From an uncultured Acidimicrobiaceae bacterium (lineage in GTDB: Bacteria; Actinomycetota; Acidimicrobiia; Acidimicrobiales; Bog-793): DNA of 64,000 nucleotides. The notes beneath the pieces are model-generated. The model was not told the DNA's origin and ran no database searches. It worked only from the letters and a program-made list of their open reading frames with translations. Below are positions 19,450 to 28,335 of this stretch, one piece after another. Both the position numbers and the translations under genes were made by a program. Where the stretch lies: NCBI GenBank assembly GCA_963836935.1, contig CAWILM010000038.1, positions 62,784-126,783 of the forward strand, given 5' to 3'. How positions within the stretch are numbered: the first letter of the stretch is position 1; every line of letters begins with the position of its first letter.

Positions 19450-19568
19450 GGCTGCGCCATCGTGTTGCCGAGCAGCGGGTACGCGAGGAAGACGAGCGGC
19501 AGGAGGCACGCGAAGGCGACGACGGTCGCCGCGGAGAGGCCCAGCAGGCGAATTCCCGGTGATCGCAT
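19446..19568 (-). CDS. candidate 40-aa hydrophobic micro-protein translationally coupled to the NSAR/OSBS gene
   Basis: ATG 19568 gives MRSPGIRLLGLSAATVVAFACLLPLVFLAYPLLGNTMAQP. Its TGA (19448-19446) overlaps the GTG 19449 start of the downstream gene (GTGA). One predicted TM helix. No homology evidence. Confidence 0.3.
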   Translation of the reverse strand: MRSPGIRLLGLSAATVVAFACLLPLVFLAYPLLGNTMAQP

Positions 19569-19871
19569 GCTCCGCGCGGCGAAGCGGAGCGCCCCGAGAG
19601 GGCTCGCCCGCGGTTGGCGGTTGGGACCTGTGGCTCGAAGGGGATGTGGTGCGTCCCCGACGTTCACGGCGACACCGCTCCGGCAGGGGTCAAGGTCAGC
19701 TCCGTCGCCGGGCACAGCCAGATTCTGTCCCGTCGAAAGCGTTTCTGCCTGTCGCAAGCTTTGCCCAGGGCAATCCCGGATCTCGTGAGGCAAACGCCCG
19801 GTTCGGGTGACGATTCCCGACGGGCGCCGCGCCCTAGCCTGCGTGAGGTGGCCGGGTTGACGTGCCGATGG

Positions 19872-21200
19872 GTGCGCGCGCGCAAGCGCGTGGGGAGGGT
19901 CGCCCTCACCATCGTCGCCACAGGCGCGCTCGCGGGTTGCCAGGCTGTTGCGTCCCAGAACCGGCACGTGACGACGAGCACGTCCGCGACCACGACCACG
20001 CGCGCTCCGGCGACCACCACGACGAGCGAGACCCCGCCGACGACGCTGTCCGCGTCCCGACCGCGTCCCAGTCTGCGTCTCGCCGATGGGTCACTTGGCA
20101 ATCGGGCCACCCGGTCGGCGTGCTCGCTTCTGGGTCGGGCGCAGATCCGCGATGAGTTCGGCGGTCCCGTCGGTCCGGCAACGCCCACATACCCGTACTG
20201 CCAATGGCTGGTCGGCCGCGACGCTTTCCTGGCGTTGTCCGTGGAGCCACGGACCTCGTTCCAGGACGCCACCCAGTACGTGACCACTTTGGAGAGCGTG
20301 AGGGGCCTCGGCCAGCAGGCGATGATCGCCAATAACAGATACCTCTACTTCACCGCCGCGGGCACGACGTACTGGTTGCTGTGGCAACAGGTTGGCGACT
20401 TCTCGCAGCTGCACACGGCCCAGCTCGTGGCCGTGGCTCGGGACGTGCTCGCGCGCGCCTCGCGGGAGGCGGCCTGGGCCACCAGGGCGCCGGTGCCGGG
20501 TCCGCCCGGACCTGCGATCTATTTCGCCGGGGACTCGACGGCTGCCGGGCCCGAGTGGGCTTGGGACACGTACCACGCCACATCGCCGGAGTTGAGGACC
20601 CTGGCGGAGTACCAGGTCGGCTCTGGCCTTGTGAGCCCGGAGTACTTCGACTGGCAACGTCATCTGCTCGCCGTCGTCGCCGCGCGACGGCCCAAGCTTG
20701 TGATCTACATGGGAAGCGCCAACGATGGGCAGGACTTGATCGTCGACGGCGCCTTCCAGCCTGTCGGGAGCCGCTTGTGGAAGAAGGCCTACGCCGACAG
20801 GGTCGCCGGGATCATGACCTCGCTCGTCAAGGAAGGCTCCGAGGTGCTTTGGATCGGCGAGCCGGCCATGAGCGACCCCCAGTTGTCGCAGTACATGCAG
20901 GTGATCGACCAGGTCTGTGCACAGCAAGCCGCCCGGCACCACGGGGTTGCATTTGTCGATCCAGGCGCCGTTCTAAACGGTCCGAAAGCTAGCTACGAGA
21001 GTGCTGTTTTGATCCACGGTCGGCCCATCGTCGTGCGCCTTGACGGCGTGCATCTCAACATGGCGGGAAGCGTCCTTCTTGCCGACTACATAGCCGGTTA
21101 TGTGACTCGGCTCTTAAGCGCCCGCGCGGCAGAGAAGAGCCATCCTCCGAGCCCGGAGGCTCCCTCCGGTGTCCCGATTTTTCACTTGAGGCATCAGTGA
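19872..21200 (+). CDS. lipoprotein with N-terminal DUF3558-like domain and C-terminal SGNH/GDSL-type hydrolase (DUF459-like) domain
   Basis: In ORF 19614..21200. GTG 19872 or 19890 precedes the lipobox VALTIVATGALAGC. A Thr/Pro-rich linker follows, then IYFAGDSTAAG (block I-like GDS) and VHLNMAG near the C-terminus. Confidence 0.6.
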   Translation: MRARKRVGRVALTIVATGALAGCQAVASQNRHVTTSTSATTTTRAPATTTTSETPPTTLSASRPRPSLRLADGSLGNRATRSACSLLGRAQIRDEFGGPVGPATPTYPYCQWLVGRDAFLALSVEPRTSFQDATQYVTTLESVRGLGQQAMIANNRYLYFTAAGTTYWLLWQQVGDFSQLHTAQLVAVARDVLARASREAAWATRAPVPGPPGPAIYFAGDSTAAGPEWAWDTYHATSPELRTLAEYQVGSGLVSPEYFDWQRHLLAVVAARRPKLVIYMGSANDGQDLIVDGAFQPVGSRLWKKAYADRVAGIMTSLVKEGSEVLWIGEPAMSDPQLSQYMQVIDQVCAQQAARHHGVAFVDPGAVLNGPKASYESAVLIHGRPIVVRLDGVHLNMAGSVLLADYIAGYVTRLLSARAAEKSHPPSPEAPSGVPIFHLRHQ

Positions 21201-21580
21201 GACGCCCAGGCACCAGGGTTGACTGCCGTCGCCCGCCGGAGCCCGGACGTCGACCTGAGAGGTACCCGACCTGAGGCAGCGGCGGCGCGGGGAGTCATTC
21301 CCCAACCGCCGGGCAGGGGGCGGGGGCGGCGGGCGGTCGTCCTTGAACTCGACGCGGGCGTCGGGGAGACTTGGGCACCGGTCAGGATCCGTGCGGGCCT
21401 CCGGGACTTTCTGGTCCTGGGCGCCCCGACGGTGTCGTGGGCCGCACGGTTCCCGGCCGGGGGCTGGCGCGATGGTGCCGGTAGCCTCGAGGTGAGTTCT
21501 ACCGGCCCTCGGGAAGACGAGCGATTGGGGAGAGATCGTCGCCCCGGGGCGGCCTGCAGGCAGAGGGTGGGAGGTATCCA

Positions 21581-22933
21581 ATGATCACGGACAAGTTGTC
21601 GACTCCGCGAACAGATGGGACGGATCAACCCGGGCCGTTGCCCTCGCAACCCGCGCCGGCCTCGCCGGGACGTCGTCGCGCGGCCGCAGCACTCTCTCCG
21701 CTGGTCCGCAACCTGCTGGGCGATCGGATCCCCGTCCGGTTCGAGTTTTGGGACGGGAGCTCCATCGGGCCGCAAGACGGCGCCGGCACCATCCATGTCC
21801 GCTCGGCGGACGCGTTGCGGCGCATCCTCTGGGCTCCGGGCGAGCTCGGCGTCGGCCGCGCGTACGTCGCAGGCGACATCGAGGTCGAAGGTGACATCGT
21901 CGCCGTGCTCGCGGGCCTCCACGAAGTTGCCCCCCGGGACCTGCGAACGGGCTTGCGGGCCCTGCCGGTGGCCTTCGGCGCCGCTTATCACGCCGGTGCC
22001 ATAGGCCTTCCCCTGCCTCCGCCGCCCGAGGAGGCCCGCCTGGCAGGGTTCCGCCACTCCCGGCGTCGGGATGTCCAAGCGGTCACTCACCACTACGACG
22101 TCGGCAATGAGTTCTATGAGCTCGTGCTCGGGCCGTCCATGACCTACTCGTGCGCCCGTTTCGCCGAGCCGGAGATGAGCCTGGAACAGGCGCAGGAATC
22201 GAAGCACGAGCTGATCTGCCGCAAGTTGGGCTTGCGTGAGGGCAAGCCACTGCGACTGTTGGATGTCGGTTGCGGTTGGGGATCGATGGCGATGCACGCC
22301 GCCGCCAGCTGCGACGCGACCGTCGTCGGTATCACCTTGAGCGAGGAGCAAGCCGGCTACGCGAGAAAGCGCGTGGCCGAAGCGGGCCTCGGCGACCGCG
22401 TGGAGATCCGCGTGCAGGACTACCGGGCCCTGAGCGGGGAGCGTTTCGACGCCATCTCCTCGATCGGCATGTTCGAGCATGTCGGCAAGGTCCGCACGGG
22501 CGAGTACTTCGAGACCTTGCACGGTCTCCTTCAGCCCGGGGGAAGGCTGTTGAACCACGCCATCTCCGAGCAAGGGGGGTCGAAGCTCGGGTCGCGGAGC
22601 TTCTTCGGTCGCTACGTGTTCCCCGACGGCGAGCTGCTCGACGTGGGCGATGTCGTCTTGGCGATGGAACGCGCCGGGTTCGAATGTCGTGACGTGGAAT
22701 CGCTCCGCGAGCATTACGCGCTCACCTTGCGCTGTTGGGTTGCGAACCTGGAAGCGAACTGGGAGGCGGCCGTCAAAAGGGTCGGCCTCGCCCGGGCGCG
22801 GATCTGGCGGCTGTACATGGCCGGGTCAGTCATCGGCTTCGAAAGCGGCGGCGTCGCCGTGCACCAGGTTCTGGGCGTCGTGCCGAAGGACGCCAAGAGC
22901 GGGATGCCACGCACCCGTTCCGCCTGGGGCTGA
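21581..22933 (+). CDS. cyclopropane-fatty-acyl-phospholipid synthase family SAM-dependent methyltransferase
   Basis: 450 aa. RBS GGGAGG before the ATG. HYDVGNEFYELVLGPSMTYSCA and SAM motif LLDVGCGWGSMAMHAA are typical of the CFA/mycolic-acid cyclopropane synthase family. Confidence 0.85.
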   Translation: MITDKLSTPRTDGTDQPGPLPSQPAPASPGRRRAAAALSPLVRNLLGDRIPVRFEFWDGSSIGPQDGAGTIHVRSADALRRILWAPGELGVGRAYVAGDIEVEGDIVAVLAGLHEVAPRDLRTGLRALPVAFGAAYHAGAIGLPLPPPPEEARLAGFRHSRRRDVQAVTHHYDVGNEFYELVLGPSMTYSCARFAEPEMSLEQAQESKHELICRKLGLREGKPLRLLDVGCGWGSMAMHAAASCDATVVGITLSEEQAGYARKRVAEAGLGDRVEIRVQDYRALSGERFDAISSIGMFEHVGKVRTGEYFETLHGLLQPGGRLLNHAISEQGGSKLGSRSFFGRYVFPDGELLDVGDVVLAMERAGFECRDVESLREHYALTLRCWVANLEANWEAAVKRVGLARARIWRLYMAGSVIGFESGGVAVHQVLGVVPKDAKSGMPRTRSAWG

Positions 22934-23154
22934 AAGGCCTGGGACCTCTTCGCGGGCTGACTCGAGTTCCGGGAGGGGCAGACGGCGGGCGAACCGTTCT
23001 GTCCGATTTGTGACAGCATCGGCCTGCGGTCATCTTGGACTACTGACCGATGCCTTGCTGCCCAGGGTCTTTCGGCCCTGGTCCGTCTCCCCGGCGAACC
23101 GTTAGCTGGATCCATGTGTGCAGATCGAAGCGCGCGGCGAGGCGGGGAGGCCTG

Positions 23155-25650
23155 ATGTCCAAGTTCTCGAGGCGATCATTTCTCGCCGGCAGCGCCGCCG
23201 TCGCGGGCGGGTTGCTGGTGGCGGACCACCTGCGTTTCCTGGAACCGGCCCCCGGTGACCTCGTGAGCTCCGAAGAGTTCCTGACGGGCAAGGAGGTCGT
23301 CTACCGGACCGGCCACTCGAACAACTGTGACGGTGCTTGCGGGCACCTCGTCCACGTCACAGACGGGCGCGTGACGATGATCGGCCCGGCGAGCTGGGGG
23401 ACGACGACGGTCGCGGGCGAGCAGGCGCCCACGTTCCACCCGCGGATCTGTCTGCGGGGCCTCTCGCAGATCTCCAACACTTACAGCCCGGACCGCATCA
23501 AGTATCCCTACAAGCGGGTGGGGCCACGCGGATCGGGCAAGTGGCAGCGGATCAGCTGGGACGAGGCAACCACGCTCATCGCCACGAACTTCAAGCAGAT
23601 TCAAGAGAAGTACGGGAAGACATCTGTCTGGATAGCCCCTTACACGGGCTCTCTCGCCTTGATCGAGGGCGTCGTCGGGGCCGGCTTCCGTTTCGCCAGC
23701 GTCATCGGCGCCTCCGCGGGTGACTCCGAAGGAGACAACGAAGGCGACTCGGCCACACCGGCGGGCTGGAATTACGTCCTTGTCGACCCGACCAACCCCT
23801 CCAACGCCGGCGGGTTCTTCACCGGTCACGAGTCGGTCGACTTCATGAATGCCAGGACGATCGTCTTCTGGGCCAACAATGTGGCCGAGACCTCGATCCC
23901 GGACTGGCGGATCATGTGCGATGCGAGGGACCAGAACGGCACCAGGCTCATCGCCGTGGACCCGCGCTTTACGGTGACTTGTGCCCAGAGCGACGATTGG
24001 GTGCCCATCAGGCCGGGAGCCGACACCGCCCTCATCGACGGCATCATCAACCAGGTGTTCCAGAACGGCACCTACGACGCCGACTACATCCGCGCCAACA
24101 CGGTCGGGCCCTATCTCATCGACCCGCGGACCGAGAAGTGGCTCCGCGCAAAAGACGTGATACCCGGCGCGAAGGACGACTACGTGGTGTTCGACGAGTC
24201 GGACAACAGGGTCAAAGCGGCGAGCGACGCTTCGCTCAAGCTCGCGGCGGTCCTCGGGACACACGCGGTCGCCGGCCTTGAGGCGCGGACCGCTCTCCAG
24301 GCGCTCGCGGACATGGCCGCGAAGTACACACCGGAGTACACCGCGAAGCTGACCGATGTGCCGGCCGCGCAGGTCGTCGCTCTCGGCAAGGTGTGGGGGT
24401 CGAGCAAGCCCCTCGCCGTGAGAGTCGGCTTCGGGCTCTCGCACTGGTACCACGGCGACTTGCACATGCAGGCGTTGTTGACCTTGCAGGCGATCACGGG
24501 CAACATCGGGGTCCACGGCGGGGGAGTGACCACCTTCGCCGGCGGCATCGCGGCGACTTTCGCTCCCTTCGACCTGTTCGACTTCTGGGCGCCCAAGGGC
24601 ACCAGCATCTACACCCTGCTGGAGCCGATGGAGTTCTGCGACGCCGTCGAGAAGGGCAAGCCCTTCCCCGTGAAGGCTGCCTGGTTCCCGATCGACAACT
24701 TCGCCCAGCAGATGTCGGACCGGAACCGTGTCATCGCGGCCATGAAACAGCTCGAGTTCATCGTCGTCTCGGACTACTCGCTGACGGCGACCGCCGACCT
24801 CGCGGATGTCGTGCTGCCCGCCTGCACGTACTTCGAGAAGACCGACCTTCTCTCCTCCAACAACTTCTACCTGCAGTACATGCCGAAGATCATCGACCCT
24901 CTCTTCGAGTCGAAGTCCGATCTCGACGCGATCAACCTGATCGCCGAGAAGATGGGCTACGGGGAGTACTTCACCGAGACCCCCGAGGCGTACTTGAAGA
25001 AGATGATGCGCCTCGGCCAGCCGGACGCCGACGCGTCGGTGAAGGGGCTCACCTGGGAGCGGCTCACGACCGAGGCAGTTCGCCTCAACACCGATCCGAT
25101 GCCGTATGTCCCGTTCTTCAACCAGCAGTATCCGAGCAAGAGCGGGAAGATCGAGTTCTACGTCGAGATGCTCGTCCCCTACGAGCAGGCGCTCTGCGAT
25201 CACAAGGAGCCCATCGAGGCTTCACCGACCAACCCGCTCTACGAGAAGTACCCGCTCGTGTTCCTCTCGACCCATACCAAGTTCCGCACCCATTCGCAGT
25301 TCGTCAACCTGCCGTGGCTGAAGGAGCTCAACAACGGCGGTGACGGCTTCTTGGAGATCAACCCCCGCGACGCCGCGCCCCGGGGCATCGCCGATGGCGA
25401 CGTCGTGCGGATCTACAACGACCGGGGCCAGATGAAGGTGCGAGCCCGGCTCACCGAGTCGATGAAGCCCGGCGTCGTCAACTGTTACCAGGGTGGCTGG
25501 GACACGATCCGTGTCAAGCACTACCTCGAGGGTCATCCGAACAACCTGACCCATCAGATCGCCAAACCCGCCCAGTCGCTCATCCCGAACTTCCCTTCGA
25601 ACGCGGCGTACTACGACGTCCTCGTCCAGGTCGAGAAATCAGGAGCGTGA
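23155..25650 (+). CDS. molybdopterin (bis-MGD) oxidoreductase catalytic subunit, DMSO-reductase (MopB) family, TAT-exported
   Basis: In ORF 23050..25650. ATG 23155 gives the twin-arginine signal MSKFSRRSFLAGSAAVAGG. FS0-type motif HSNNCDGACGH...C (H-x3-C-x3-C-xn-C). MopB-like blocks IAVDPRFT, WVPIRPGADTAL and a C-terminal beta-barrel domain (INPRDAAPRGIADGDVVRIYNDRGQM). Substrate not assignable. Confidence 0.85.
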   Translation: MSKFSRRSFLAGSAAVAGGLLVADHLRFLEPAPGDLVSSEEFLTGKEVVYRTGHSNNCDGACGHLVHVTDGRVTMIGPASWGTTTVAGEQAPTFHPRICLRGLSQISNTYSPDRIKYPYKRVGPRGSGKWQRISWDEATTLIATNFKQIQEKYGKTSVWIAPYTGSLALIEGVVGAGFRFASVIGASAGDSEGDNEGDSATPAGWNYVLVDPTNPSNAGGFFTGHESVDFMNARTIVFWANNVAETSIPDWRIMCDARDQNGTRLIAVDPRFTVTCAQSDDWVPIRPGADTALIDGIINQVFQNGTYDADYIRANTVGPYLIDPRTEKWLRAKDVIPGAKDDYVVFDESDNRVKAASDASLKLAAVLGTHAVAGLEARTALQALADMAAKYTPEYTAKLTDVPAAQVVALGKVWGSSKPLAVRVGFGLSHWYHGDLHMQALLTLQAITGNIGVHGGGVTTFAGGIAATFAPFDLFDFWAPKGTSIYTLLEPMEFCDAVEKGKPFPVKAAWFPIDNFAQQMSDRNRVIAAMKQLEFIVVSDYSLTATADLADVVLPACTYFEKTDLLSSNNFYLQYMPKIIDPLFESKSDLDAINLIAEKMGYGEYFTETPEAYLKKMMRLGQPDADASVKGLTWERLTTEAVRLNTDPMPYVPFFNQQYPSKSGKIEFYVEMLVPYEQALCDHKEPIEASPTNPLYEKYPLVFLSTHTKFRTHSQFVNLPWLKELNNGGDGFLEINPRDAAPRGIADGDVVRIYNDRGQMKVRARLTESMKPGVVNCYQGGWDTIRVKHYLEGHPNNLTHQIAKPAQSLIPNFPSNAAYYDVLVQVEKSGA

Positions 25651-26385
25651 TCGCCATGGCTGCCAAGAAGACCTCTGTTCCGCACCACGTCATGGTGATC
25701 GACACGAACCGCTGCGTCGGCTGCTGGACGTGCGCGGTCGCCTGCAAGCAGATCAACAACGAGCCGCTCGGCTACTGGTGGAACCGGGTCCTCACGACCG
25801 CTCCCAACGAGTCGACGAGCGCGAAACCACCGGCGAGCGACAACATCGACGTGCCTTATGGCACCTATCCCGACCTCGAACTCGCGTACTTGCCTGTTGC
25901 CTGCCAACACTGCAACGACGCGCCCTGCGTGAAGGTCTGCCCGGTGCAGGCGACCTTCCGCCGCGACGACGGCACGGTGCTCGTCGACTTCAACCGGTGC
26001 ATAGGTTGCCGGTACTGCATGGCGGCGTGCCCGTATGGAGTCCGGATCTTCAACTGGGGCGACTCCACCTACGCCCCCGGCGGCGTCGTCGGCTACGGCA
26101 AGGAGTACTGGACCGGAGACCGCCTCGTGTTCACACCCGAGCGCCCGAAGGGCGTGGTCGAGAAGTGCACCTTCTGCGTCGAGCGGATCGACGTCGGAGA
26201 GCTGCCGTTCTGCGTCGAGGCCTGCCCGCTCGGCGCCCGGATCTTCGGTGATCTGAACGACCCGGACTCACAGGTGAGCAAGCTCGTCAACAACGGTGGC
26301 GGCGAGCAGCTCCACCCGGAAGCTCGGCACCGACCCGAACGTCTACTACCTCCCGGTCGCGCGGCGCGTGCCGGGCGAGAGCTGA
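25647..26385 (+). CDS. 4x[4Fe-4S] ferredoxin-type electron-transfer subunit (DmsB/PsrB-like), apparent frameshift near the 3' end
   Basis: Four Cys clusters: CVGCWTCAVACK, CQHCNDAPCVKVCP, CIGCRYCMAACP, CTFC...CVEACP. Start is GTG 25647 (GTGA overlap with the A subunit) or ATG 25656 after AGGAG. The conserved C-terminal KLGTDPNVYYLP lies in another frame, ending at TGA 26383-26385 just before RBS GAGGAGG and ATG 26396. As assembled the ORF runs on to 26660. Confidence 0.8.
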
Positions 26386-26395
26386 GGAGGCGGCC

Positions 26396-27661
26396 ATGGC
26401 CACAACAACCGCAGCGATTCCCGTCCGCTCGACACGTGCCTACCGGCCGATCTGGGGCTGGTACGCCGCCCTCGTCGTCCTCATGGCCTGGGGTCTTGCT
26501 GCCTGGATCTACGAGCTGCACTACGGGCTCGCCGCGACGGGCATGCGCGACGTCGTGTCCTGGGGGATGTACATCTTCACGTTCGCGTTCTTCATCGGCC
26601 TGTCAGCGGGCGGGCTCATCATGGCCTCGAGCGCGGAGGTGTTCGGTATCAAGGCGCTGAAGCCTCTCTCCCGCCTCGGCGTGCTGTCGGCCGCGGCGTG
26701 CGTGACGGTGGCCGCCCTCATGATCATCCCCGACCTCGGCCAGCCGTTCCGGGTCATAAACATCTTCATCCACCCGAACTGGACCTCGCCGCTCATTTGG
26801 GACATCTTGATCATCACCGTCTACTTCGTCTTCTCGGTCGTTGACCTCTACGTTCTTCAGCGTCACGCCGCCGAGCCGACCCGCTGGCGCAAGCGCATCC
26901 GGGTGCTCGCCTATGTCGGGCTGCCCACCGCCGTCCTGCTCCACTCGATAACGGCCTGGATCTTCGGGCTCCAGATCGCCCGGAGCTGGTGGAACACCTC
27001 GCTCATGGCCCCGCTCTTCGTCGTCTCGGCGGTCCTGTCCGGTACGGCGCTCGTCACACTGCTGGCGCTGTGCGCGCAGCGCTTCGGAAAGGTCGAGCTG
27101 TCCGAGGACACGAGGAGGTGGCTGCGCGGCTTCATCATCGTCAGCCTCTTCGTCGACCTGTTCTTCGTCGGTGCCGACTACATCACCGTCCTGTGGGGCA
27201 ACGTCCCGGCCGACCGCTCGGCACTCAACCTCGTGCTGCCGGGAGGACCCTGGGCCTGGCTCTTCTGGGTCGAGTGGATCGTCGGAGGCGTCGTCCCCCT
27301 GGCCTTCCTGCTCGTGCCGCGCCTCAAGAAGATGCCCGGGGCGCTCGGGCTCGCCTCGGTGCTGGTCATCATCGGCGTGTACGCCTTCCGGGTCGAGCTC
27401 GTGGTCATCGGCTTCATCAACCCCCTTACCCAGTACCCGCCCGGGAACGCCGTGGGCACCTACAACGCGCAGACGACCCCGTTCCAGCTCGTCGGTCGCT
27501 ATCACCCGACCTGGGTGGAGTACGGCATCATCATCGGCCTGGTCGCCTTGTTCGCCGCGATCGTGACGATCGGCTACCGGAGCCTGCACGTGCTGGAGCC
27601 GTCGCCGGCCGGCGGCCGACACCGTGCGACCGCGGGCCCAGAGAGGAAAGCAGGCTCGTGA
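26396..27661 (+). CDS. NrfD/PsrC-type polytopic membrane anchor subunit
   Basis: 421 aa, about 10 TM helices. The N-terminal WGWYAALVVLMAWGLAAWIYELHYGLAATGMRDVVSWGMYIFTFAFFIGLSAGG pattern is typical of NrfD-family quinol-interacting subunits. Confidence 0.85.
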   Translation: MATTTAAIPVRSTRAYRPIWGWYAALVVLMAWGLAAWIYELHYGLAATGMRDVVSWGMYIFTFAFFIGLSAGGLIMASSAEVFGIKALKPLSRLGVLSAAACVTVAALMIIPDLGQPFRVINIFIHPNWTSPLIWDILIITVYFVFSVVDLYVLQRHAAEPTRWRKRIRVLAYVGLPTAVLLHSITAWIFGLQIARSWWNTSLMAPLFVVSAVLSGTALVTLLALCAQRFGKVELSEDTRRWLRGFIIVSLFVDLFFVGADYITVLWGNVPADRSALNLVLPGGPWAWLFWVEWIVGGVVPLAFLLVPRLKKMPGALGLASVLVIIGVYAFRVELVVIGFINPLTQYPPGNAVGTYNAQTTPFQLVGRYHPTWVEYGIIIGLVALFAAIVTIGYRSLHVLEPSPAGGRHRATAGPERKAGS

Positions 27662-28335
27662 CGACCGGGACGCCCGTTTCCAACGGTGCCGCGGAGCGTC
27701 GCCGGACCGGTGAGGTCCCCTCCGGCATCGACAAGGCGGACGCGGAGACGATCGTGGTCGCCGTCGACCTTCTCTCCCACTTCTGGAGCAGGCCGGTCAC
27801 CGACGAGGTCGCGAACTGGGCGGCGGCCCGCGACCTCGAAGCCGAGACTGACAGCCGAATCTCGTCGGACCCTTTGCGCGAGCCCGTAAGAGTGCCGGAT
27901 CTCGCGGAAGTGCCCCGCTTGCTCGACGAGTACGAACGCCTTTTCGTCGGCCCCGGCCAAGTGCCGTGTCCACCCTATGAGTCGTTCTGGCGCGAGGACG
28001 TGCCCGTGGACATACGCCGGACCCTCATGGGACCGTGCACGGCCGAGCTGAAGCTGATCTACTCGGACCTCGGGCTGCAGATGTCGTCGCAATCGGTCGA
28101 GTTGCCGGATCACATCGCCATCGAGTTCGAGGCCATGGCCTACGCGTTGTCTTTCGAGGAGAGCGCGCCGCTGGCGCGCCGGATCTTCGAGGAGCACCTC
28201 GCCCGGTGGCTGCCGCGGCTGTGCCGGGCTGTCGCCCACGAGGCGGCGGAGGCCTTCTACCGAGATCTCGCGGTTCTCACGCTCGACTGGCTGGCTGCGA
28301 TCAAGCGTCACTTCGCCCTCGCCGAAACGGGCTGA
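27658..28335 (+). CDS. TorD/DmsD-family redox-enzyme maturation chaperone
   Basis: GTG 27658 overlaps the NrfD stop (GTGA). About 225 aa, soluble. LLDEYERLFVGPGQVPCPPYESFW and ELPDHIAIEFEAMAYAL match the TorD/NarJ-like family as I remember it. Confidence 0.7.
   Translation: MTTGTPVSNGAAERRRTGEVPSGIDKADAETIVVAVDLLSHFWSRPVTDEVANWAAARDLEAETDSRISSDPLREPVRVPDLAEVPRLLDEYERLFVGPGQVPCPPYESFWREDVPVDIRRTLMGPCTAELKLIYSDLGLQMSSQSVELPDHIAIEFEAMAYALSFEESAPLARRIFEEHLARWLPRLCRAVAHEAAEAFYRDLAVLTLDWLAAIKRHFALAETG

Noticed and set aside
21251-21275. Direct repeat CGACCTGAG-N7-CGACCTGAG downstream of the SGNH lipoprotein gene, and a possible SAM riboswitch ahead of the CFA-synthase-like gene.
   Set aside because: A two-copy 9-mer is weak evidence. 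No SAM-I or SAM-IV core (for example GGCAACC in context) was found in 21201-21580.
23176-25203. 675-aa antisense ORF. Similar long shadow ORFs occur at 1999-3423, 6335-8425, 8298-10022, 21194-22714, 26603-27622, 28308-29801, 41658-43490, 49246-50928, 50753-52648, 57054-58682 and 59176-60660.
   Set aside because: All lie opposite or out of frame to genes with clear family motifs. They have Arg/Pro/Gly/Asp/His-dominated composition and no recognisable domains. This is typical of stop-poor GC-rich DNA.
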